This document shows positions 56,896-64,000 of a DNA stretch of 64,000 nucleotides, in pieces (within the stretch, counting starts at the first letter, position 1; the number at the start of each line of letters is the position of its first letter). The DNA is taken from contig JAEXIT010000005.1 of assembly GCA_023446155.1 (NCBI GenBank), positions 24,208 to 88,207 on the forward strand, given 5' to 3'. This DNA comes from Bacteroidota bacterium (GTDB lineage: Bacteria > Bacteroidota > Bacteroidia > Flavobacteriales > Flavobacteriaceae). A model generated the notes under the pieces. It was not told the origin of the DNA. It searched no databases and worked only from the letters and a program-made list of their open reading frames with translations. Position numbers and translations under genes: made by a program.

Positions 56896-57152
56896 TAATT
56901 TTCCGGACGATCCTTTTTAGGGTTTTTTAAAATGGCGTAAATCGTAATTCCGAAGCCAATCAATACAACGGTTGGAGCCAGTTTGATACGTCTGAAGTCG
57001 AAAATATCAGTACTGAATACATTCGGGTCGTTACTGCCACCACCGGACATTAGTATAAAGCCCAAAGCGATTACGGCTAGTCCGATAAATAGGATTTTAT
57101 AGTTGCTGCTTTCAAAAAGAAAGTCGTGTTTGTGCTTGTTTTCGTTTTCCAT
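56895..57152 (-). CDS. DUF3098-like small membrane protein
   Basis: Two TM segments, GFILMSGGGS.DP...RRIKLAP; lies between ftsX and uppP. Confidence 0.8.
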   Translation of the reverse strand: MENENKHKHDFLFESSNYKILFIGLAVIALGFILMSGGGSNDPNVFSTDIFDFRRIKLAPTVVLIGFGITIYAILKNPKKDRPEN

Positions 57153-57173
57153 TAGGTATTGAATTGATGATTC

Positions 57174-58049
57174 TTAATATAAATCGTCGGTTCTTAAATT
57201 TAAAAAGCGTTGAGTGGCAAAAAACGTACTGATCCAGGTAATGATAATTCCAACTAGTAGCACGCCGGCTAAAACAATTCCGGTCGAAAGGTAATCGGTC
57301 GCGATACCTAGGCTTGGGAACATTCCGTCGACATAATAAACCAATCCGATTAAAGCAATAATAGCCAGTCCCGAACCGATTAATCCTAGTTTGATACTTC
57401 TCCAGATAAACGGTTTGCGGATAAACGATTTTGTCGCACCCACCATTTGCATGGTTTTGATAATAAAACGATTGGAATGAATGGATAGGCGTAATGAACT
57501 ATTGATCAATAGCATGGCTACAAAAGCCAGTACGCCACTAACGATCAAAATCCAAAACGTAATTTTCTTTACGTTCTCGTTTACCAGATCCACCAATTGT
57601 TTATCGTAGATCACCTCGGTTACCATTGGGTTTTTACGGATATTGCTTTCAATTTCCTTAATACTGTCGGAAACCACATAATTTCCTTTTAGGTGGATAT
57701 CGTAGGAATTTTGAAGCGGGTTAAAACCCAGAAACTCCATAAAATCCTCACCGATAATATCTTTGTGTTTTTTAGCAGCGTCGTCTTTAGAAACAAACGA
57801 TTGGTCTTTTACATAATTCGAAGCGGTTAATTGTGTGCCGAATGCTTTTAGAATGCTGTCGTTTGCCTGATCGTTAAAATAAACCGACATCGGAATATTC
57901 TCTTTAAAATCGTTGGAAATCTTTTCAGAATTGATAACAAAAAGCCCCAACGCGCCCAGAAGGAACAACACCAGGAAAATACTTAAAATAACCGAAAAAT
58001 AGGAAGAAATAAGTCTGCGTTTTTGATACTTTTCAAAAGATGTAGCCAT
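57174..58049 (-). CDS. ftsX: Cell division permease FtsX
   Basis: NPLQNS, TMQMVGAT..FIRKPF; four TM segments. Confidence 0.92.
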   Translation of the reverse strand: MATSFEKYQKRRLISSYFSVILSIFLVLFLLGALGLFVINSEKISNDFKENIPMSVYFNDQANDSILKAFGTQLTASNYVKDQSFVSKDDAAKKHKDIIGEDFMEFLGFNPLQNSYDIHLKGNYVVSDSIKEIESNIRKNPMVTEVIYDKQLVDLVNENVKKITFWILIVSGVLAFVAMLLINSSLRLSIHSNRFIIKTMQMVGATKSFIRKPFIWRSIKLGLIGSGLAIIALIGLVYYVDGMFPSLGIATDYLSTGIVLAGVLLVGIIITWISTFFATQRFLNLRTDDLY

Positions 58050-58137
58050 AGAATCTGTTTTAAGCCGTAAAAATAAGAAAGAAAATTGTTTTTAAGGTTT
58101 ATAACGCTCAAAGTTTTAACTTTCTTATAATATAGTG

Positions 58138-58145
58138 TAAATTTG
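58138..58145 (+). promoter_or_regulatory. -7 promoter element for leuS
   Basis: TAAATTTG matches TAnnTTTG. Confidence 0.5.
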
Positions 58146-58236
58146 CCTGCCCGAAAAAGAGAGTATATCCTTCGGAAAACAAAAAAGAAGAACCAAAACA
58201 GGAATGATTATCCGGTAATTATAGCAATTCAGAGCA

Positions 58237-61146
58237 ATGAAGTACAATCCAAATCAAATTGAAGCCAAATGGCAAAAGTACTGGTCCGAAAACCAGACCT
58301 TTAAAGCAGCGAACGATTCCGCGAAGCCAAAGTATTTTGTGTTAGATATGTTTCCATATCCATCAGGAGCGGGACTGCATGTTGGGCATCCGCTGGGCTA
58401 TATCGCCTCCGATATCTATGCGCGCTACAAACGTCACAAAGGATTCAATGTGTTGCATCCGCAGGGATATGACAGTTTCGGATTGCCAGCCGAGCAATAT
58501 GCGATTCAAACCGGGCAACATCCTGAGAAAACTACAAAAGAAAACATCGCCCGTTACCGCGAGCAATTGGATAAAATCGGATTTTCATTTGATTGGAGTC
58601 GCGAAGTGCGTACATCCAATCCGGACTATTACAAATGGACACAGTGGATTTTTATCCAATTATTCAATTCGTGGTATAATATCGACAGCGATAAAGCCGA
58701 AGATATTAGTACGCTAACCGCTATTTTCGAAAAGGAAGGAAATGCGACGGTAAATGCCGTATGCGATGAGGCCATCGTACCGTTTACCGCGGCGCAATGG
58801 AATGCTTTTTCAAAAGAAGAACAGGAAAAAATCTTGCTGCAATACCGATTGACGTATTTGGCGGAAACCGAAGTAAACTGGTGTCCGGCTTTGGGAACGG
58901 TATTGGCAAATGATGAAATTATAAACGGTGTTTCTGAACGTGGCGGTCACCCGGTGATCCGTAAAAAGATGACCCAGTGGAGTATGCGTATTTCGGCTTA
59001 TGCCGAGCGTTTGCTACAAGGATTGGAAACGATCGATTGGAGCGAAAGCATCAAGGAAAGTCAGCGGAACTGGATAGGGAAATCGGTTGGAGCTGCGGTG
59101 ACGTTCAATCTAAAAGAGCATAACGAAAAAGTGGACGTTTTTACAACGCGTCCTGATACTATTTTTGGGGTGACATTTATGACTTTGGCGCCGGAACACG
59201 AACTGGTGGCGAAAATCACAACACCGGAACAAAAACAAGCGGTGGAAGCCTATATCGAAGCTACGGCAAAACGTAGTGAAAGAGATCGTATGGCCGATGT
59301 GAAAACCATTTCGGGCGTATTTACCGGAGCGTATGCCGAGCATCCGTTTACCAAAGAACCGATTCCGGTTTGGATTGGGGATTATGTTCTGGCAGGTTAC
59401 GGAACAGGAGCTGTAATGGCCGTGCCATGTGGTGACGAACGGGATTACGCGTTTGCGAAACATTTCGGTATTCCTATTAAAAATATCTTCGAAGGTGTGG
59501 ATATTTCGGAAACAGCCTACTCCGACAAAGAAAATACAGTTATAGCCGATTCGGATTTTCTGAACGGTTTAAATTATAAAAAAGCAACCCAAAAAGCAAT
59601 CGAAGCTTTGGAACAATTGGGGCAAGGAAAAGGCAAAACCAACTATCGTTTGCGTGATGCGGTTTTCTCCAGACAACGTTATTGGGGGGAACCATTCCCG
59701 GTATATTATGTAAACGATTTGCCGCAGATGATCGACACCAAACATTTGCCAATCGTATTACCGGAAGTAGAAAAATATTTGCCAACCGAAGACGGGCAAC
59801 CGCCATTAGGAAATGCAACGGTTTGGGCTTGGGACAATGTAAACCATAAGGTAGTCAACAATGATTTGATTGATCATGTAACGGTATTCCCATTGGAATT
59901 AAACACCATGCCAGGTTGGGCGGGAAGCTCGTGGTATTGGATGCGTTATATGGATGCGCATAACGATGCGGCATTTGCTTCGGAAGAGGCCTTACAATAT
60001 TGGGAGAATGTCGACTTGTATATCGGTGGAAGCGAACACGCAACCGGTCACTTGTTGTATTCCCGTTTTTGGAATAAATTCTTAAAAGACAAAGGATTTG
60101 CGCCAACGGAAGAGCCGTTTAAAAAACTGATCAACCAAGGGATGATTTTGGGAACCAGTGCGTTTGTATATCGTTTTACGATTGGAACGGACGTGTTGTT
60201 TGCTTCCAAAAATTTTATTGTTGAAAAAGAAGGACAATCGGGTGTTTATGTAGCATTCGACAGTGCTCAAAATAAATATGTAATCACAGAGCAGGAATCG
60301 GATTTTGTTCCGGTATTAAAAATCCATGCGGATGTGAATCTGGTAAATGCATCAGATGAATTGGACATCGATGGGTTTAAAAACCACGCGTTGTATCAGG
60401 ATTATAAAAATTCCCAGTTTATTACGAACGAAAATGGCAAATACATGGTAGGTCGTGAAGTGGAAAAAATGTCCAAATCGAAATACAATGTGGTAAACCC
60501 GGATGATATTTGCGAACAATACGGAGCGGATACCTTGCGTTTGTACGAAATGTTCTTAGGACCATTGGAACAGGCAAAACCGTGGAATACAGCCGGAATT
60601 ACCGGAGTATCCGGATTTTTGAAAAAACTATGGCGTTTGTATTTCGACGATAACGGACTAATTGTAACCGATAAGGAGCCGAGCAAAGAAGCATTAAAAA
60701 CCCTGCATAAAACGATTAAAAAGGTACAGGAAGATATCGAAAACTTCTCGTTTAATACGTCTGTATCCGGATTTATGATCGCGGTAAACGAATTGTCGGC
60801 GGCGAAATGTAACGAACGTGCCATTTTGGAACCGCTAGCGATTTTGATTTCGCCCTATGCACCACATATTGCAGAAGAATTATGGGAAGCATTAGGGAAC
60901 GAAGGTTCGATTTCGCAGGAGCCATTCCCGGTATTCGATGCGAAACATTTAGTGGAAAGCAGTAAGGAATATCCGGTGTCGTTTAATGGTAAAATGCGCT
61001 TTAAAATCGAATTGCCAATGGATCTGACAGCGGCCGAAATCGAAAAAATCATTTTGGAAGACGAGCGTACGATCGCACAGCTTAACGGAAACGCACCGAA
61101 AAAAGTGGTAATCGTACCGGGTAAGATTATCAATTTAGTAGGATAA
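58237..61146 (+). CDS. leuS: Leucine--tRNA ligase
   Basis: MFPYPSGAGLHVGH, FTTRPDT editing domain, KMSKS. Confidence 0.98.
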   Translation: MKYNPNQIEAKWQKYWSENQTFKAANDSAKPKYFVLDMFPYPSGAGLHVGHPLGYIASDIYARYKRHKGFNVLHPQGYDSFGLPAEQYAIQTGQHPEKTTKENIARYREQLDKIGFSFDWSREVRTSNPDYYKWTQWIFIQLFNSWYNIDSDKAEDISTLTAIFEKEGNATVNAVCDEAIVPFTAAQWNAFSKEEQEKILLQYRLTYLAETEVNWCPALGTVLANDEIINGVSERGGHPVIRKKMTQWSMRISAYAERLLQGLETIDWSESIKESQRNWIGKSVGAAVTFNLKEHNEKVDVFTTRPDTIFGVTFMTLAPEHELVAKITTPEQKQAVEAYIEATAKRSERDRMADVKTISGVFTGAYAEHPFTKEPIPVWIGDYVLAGYGTGAVMAVPCGDERDYAFAKHFGIPIKNIFEGVDISETAYSDKENTVIADSDFLNGLNYKKATQKAIEALEQLGQGKGKTNYRLRDAVFSRQRYWGEPFPVYYVNDLPQMIDTKHLPIVLPEVEKYLPTEDGQPPLGNATVWAWDNVNHKVVNNDLIDHVTVFPLELNTMPGWAGSSWYWMRYMDAHNDAAFASEEALQYWENVDLYIGGSEHATGHLLYSRFWNKFLKDKGFAPTEEPFKKLINQGMILGTSAFVYRFTIGTDVLFASKNFIVEKEGQSGVYVAFDSAQNKYVITEQESDFVPVLKIHADVNLVNASDELDIDGFKNHALYQDYKNSQFITNENGKYMVGREVEKMSKSKYNVVNPDDICEQYGADTLRLYEMFLGPLEQAKPWNTAGITGVSGFLKKLWRLYFDDNGLIVTDKEPSKEALKTLHKTIKKVQEDIENFSFNTSVSGFMIAVNELSAAKCNERAILEPLAILISPYAPHIAEELWEALGNEGSISQEPFPVFDAKHLVESSKEYPVSFNGKMRFKIELPMDLTAAEIEKIILEDERTIAQLNGNAPKKVVIVPGKIINLVG

Positions 61147-61242
61147 TTCACCTGACAAAATTGCATATTTTGTTAACGGAACGCTAATTGGCGCACAATT
61201 TGCTATTCTTTTTGGTATATTAGAAAACTAAAAAGAGAGAAC

Positions 61243-61938
61243 ATGTTAGGATATTATGTTTTATTAGGAGCGATTGCTTTAGTAAGCTGGATTGTTAGTA
61301 ATAAACTAAAAAGTAAATTCGAAGAATATTCGAGAATCCATTTGCGTAACGGGATGTCCGGAGCGGAAATAGCCGAAAAAATGTTGGCTGATAACGGCAT
61401 TTACGATGTAAAAGTGATTTCAACTCCGGGACGTTTAACCGATCACTATAATCCGGTGGACAAAACGGTAAACCTGAGTGAAGCGGTATACAACCAACGT
61501 AATGCAGCGGCAGCGGCAGTAGCGGCTCACGAATGTGGACATGCGGTACAACACGCCACAGCCTATAGTATGTTGCAAATGCGTTCCCGAATGGTGCCAA
61601 TTGTAAACGTAGCTTCCGGAATGTCACAATGGTTGATCATTGGTGGTTTAATTCTGGGTGCGGCGGCAAAAGTGGGATTCGGATTTTACATCGCGATTTT
61701 GGGATTAATCCTAATGGGCGTTGCAACGGCCTTTAGTTTTATCACCTTACCGGTGGAATACGATGCGAGTAACCGTGCATTGGCTTGGTTAAAAAACAAA
61801 AACATGTTAAGTCAGCAGGAATATGCCGGAGCGGAAGATGCCTTAAAATGGGCGGCCAGAACCTATGTGGTAGCGGCTATCGGTGCATTGGCATCCTTGT
61901 TATATTGGGCGTTTCAGGTTTTTGGAAGAAGAGATTAA
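61243..61938 (+). CDS. Membrane zinc metallopeptidase (YugP-like)
   Basis: LTDHYNP, AAHECGHA, LPVEYDAS.RA. Confidence 0.9.
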   Translation: MLGYYVLLGAIALVSWIVSNKLKSKFEEYSRIHLRNGMSGAEIAEKMLADNGIYDVKVISTPGRLTDHYNPVDKTVNLSEAVYNQRNAAAAAVAAHECGHAVQHATAYSMLQMRSRMVPIVNVASGMSQWLIIGGLILGAAAKVGFGFYIAILGLILMGVATAFSFITLPVEYDASNRALAWLKNKNMLSQQEYAGAEDALKWAARTYVVAAIGALASLLYWAFQVFGRRD

Positions 61939-61957
61939 AACAAAATTGAAAACGATA

Positions 61958-61989
61958 AAAAAATCCGGTGTGAGAGCACCGGATTTTTT
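61958..61989. terminator. Bidirectional terminator
   Basis: AAAAAATCCGGTG-loop-CACCGGATTTTTT. Confidence 0.88.
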
Positions 61990-61992
61990 GTT

Positions 61993-62463
61993 TTATAACT
62001 GTATTTGACGTTCAATTTGCTGATCCAGCGAGATAAAGGTCTCCGTTCGGGAAACGCCTTCAATAGCCTGGATTTTTTTGTTGAGCAATTGCATCAGGTG
62101 TTCGTTATCATGACAGATCAATTTGATCAAAATGCTCCAGTTTCCGGTGGTATAGTGGCATTCCAATACTTCCGGAATCTTTTTCAATTCCCGGACAGCT
62201 TCCGGATTTCGGGATGCTTTGTCCAGATAAATACCTACAAAGGCCATAGTGCTGTAGCCTAATATTTTGTGACTTACGGTAAAACGAGAACCGGTCATCA
62301 CGCCGGCCTGTTCCAGTTTTCGCAACCGCTGGTGAATGGCCGCACCGGAAATTCCGATTTTACTGGCAATTTGCAATATCGGTTTTCGGGCATCTTCCAT
62401 CAGATAACGGAGAATCTCCTTGTCGATACCGTCCATTTCAACTTGTAAGGAATTAAGCTTCAT
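61993..62463 (-). CDS. Lrp/AsnC family transcriptional regulator
   Basis: DKEIL..LMEDAR HTH, ECHYTTG ligand-binding domain. Confidence 0.95.
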   Translation of the reverse strand: MKLNSLQVEMDGIDKEILRYLMEDARKPILQIASKIGISGAAIHQRLRKLEQAGVMTGSRFTVSHKILGYSTMAFVGIYLDKASRNPEAVRELKKIPEVLECHYTTGNWSILIKLICHDNEHLMQLLNKKIQAIEGVSRTETFISLDQQIERQIQL

Positions 62464-62512
62464 TTTAAATAAATTTATAGCTAAAGTTACAAAATGAAAT
62501 AGAAATTGAAAT

Positions 62513-62542
62513 AAAAAAAGCCTGATTTTCGAAAATCAGGCT
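62513..62542 (-). terminator. Intrinsic terminator
   Basis: Palindrome AGCCTGATTTTCGAAAATCAGGCT with a minus-strand T-run. Confidence 0.8.
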
Positions 62543-62549
62543 CTTGCTA

Positions 62550-63902
62550 TTATTTGTATCCTTTGTAGGGAACGTCTTTTTCTTTAAAAATAACCCCGTA
62601 TTCCTCCAGCTCTTTTAAAATCGGAAGGTAAACTTCTTTATTTAACGGAAGTTGTACACCAGGTGTCGTAATATTTCCGTTTAGGATTTGTAACGTAGCC
62701 ATCGCCACCGGTAATCCAACGGTTTTTGCCATCGAAGTATAGGTCTGATCATCGCCAATACATACCATTGTCGCGTCAATTTGTTTCTTCTCGCCGTTTA
62801 CTTCGTAACCGAATTTGTGATACATCACAATCATATCTTTATCGTCCGGTTCTAAAGTCCAACTATCGGTGAGGATTTTTTCGAGAATCTGAGCCGGTGT
62901 GGCATTTTTCAATCCGATGATTTTGTTGGCATTGAATAAATCCAATTCCAGTAATTTATCCCAAACCACATCATCCTGATCGATTTTCAGAATATGGCGT
63001 AATTTGATTTCAACGGAATCCGTAGGGTGGTAGGGTAAAAAGAGATTCACAAACTCGCGGTAATTCATCGTTTCCGAATTGTCGATCGCATACGAATCGT
63101 CGGTCATTCCCAATTGTACAAACATATCCCAGGCTCTGGAATAGCCTACGCGTCGGATGGTCCCGCGGAAAACGGTAAGCGCATTATCCAGTCCGTAAAC
63201 ACTGCGGTATTTTAAGGAATCGCGGTTGGCGTAACCTTCAAAACGACCGTATCCTTCCACTTCCAAAAATTCGGTTCTTCTAAAAAGCTTGTGGTACGGA
63301 ATGTATTTATAAGTGCCTTCCTGAATGAATTTTGCGGCACCGCCTTGACCTGCCAAAACGACGTTACGCGGATTCCAGGTAAATTTATAATTCCATAAGT
63401 TGGTATCCGATTCCGGAGCGACTAATCCGCCGCAAAACGATTCAAAAAGGATTACATTTCCGTTCTTTTCGCGGATCTCATCCAATACTTTCATCGCGCT
63501 CATATGATCGATTCCCGGATCCAGTCCGATTTCGTTCATAAAAACAAGATTATTGGCGATAGCCGCTTCGTTTAATTCCTGCATGGCATCCGAAATGTAG
63601 GATGCTGTTACCATGTGTTTTTTGTAAGTGATACAGTCTTTGGCGACTTCAATATGTAAAAAGGCCGGAAGCATCGAAATTACGATATCGGCTTTCTGAA
63701 TTTCCGCTTTGCGTTGAGTTTCGTTGTGAATATCGAAAGCAATAGCGGTAGCTCTCGGGTGATTGTTGGTTTTCTTTTGTGCTAATTCTAAAGATAAATC
63801 GCCGATGGTTAGATGTAAATTCTCCTGCTCCGATTTATCCAGTAAATATTTTATGAGCGACGAAGCCGAGCGACCGGCTCCGATGATTAAAATATGTCTC
63901 AT
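62550..63902 (-). CDS. Saccharopine dehydrogenase
   Basis: IIGAGRS, TASY, EIGLDPGIDHM, SFCGGL, YANRDS, MAKTVG. Confidence 0.95.
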   Translation of the reverse strand: MRHILIIGAGRSASSLIKYLLDKSEQENLHLTIGDLSLELAQKKTNNHPRATAIAFDIHNETQRKAEIQKADIVISMLPAFLHIEVAKDCITYKKHMVTASYISDAMQELNEAAIANNLVFMNEIGLDPGIDHMSAMKVLDEIREKNGNVILFESFCGGLVAPESDTNLWNYKFTWNPRNVVLAGQGGAAKFIQEGTYKYIPYHKLFRRTEFLEVEGYGRFEGYANRDSLKYRSVYGLDNALTVFRGTIRRVGYSRAWDMFVQLGMTDDSYAIDNSETMNYREFVNLFLPYHPTDSVEIKLRHILKIDQDDVVWDKLLELDLFNANKIIGLKNATPAQILEKILTDSWTLEPDDKDMIVMYHKFGYEVNGEKKQIDATMVCIGDDQTYTSMAKTVGLPVAMATLQILNGNITTPGVQLPLNKEVYLPILKELEEYGVIFKEKDVPYKGYK

Positions 63903-64000
63903 GGTGGTTGTTTGTTTTAAAAAGTCTACGAAAATAAGAATTTGTTATTTTCTTTTAAAACTTAAAAGATGATTAATGTCATTATTTAACTTTTTAAAAT

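Overview
The window looks like Flavobacteriaceae (Flavobacterium-like) chromosomal DNA, judged from T9SS sorting-domain proteins, TAnnTTTG promoters and gene content. Both flanks are housekeeping: polyprenyl synthase, sucA-sucB, MFS, tatD, acyltransferase, asparaginase and tRNA-Ser on the left; rpoN, asnS, frr, pyrH, truB, uppP, ftsX, leuS, Lrp and saccharopine dehydrogenase on the right. Between them is a ~32 kb accessory region with three parts. (1) A minus-strand cluster of mostly hypothetical, immunity-like genes starting right after tRNA-Ser (ankyrin, YwqG/DUF1963-like, R2K ATP-grasp), with decayed remnants. (2) A divergent 2450-aa signal-peptide-bearing RHS toxin with its immunity gene, followed by four orphan toxin-tip/immunity cassettes. 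The cassettes share a 171-bp coding repeat and are separated by a non-coding, IS-end-like imperfect palindrome that starts at immunity gene 3' ends. (3) A small lipoprotein/peptide gene, a TPR histidine kinase, a LytTR regulator and a second response regulator, with an 11-bp direct repeat at 21-bp period upstream of the peptide promoter, resembling an agr/com-type autoinduction circuit. All family assignments come from motif recognition by eye; no database searches were run.
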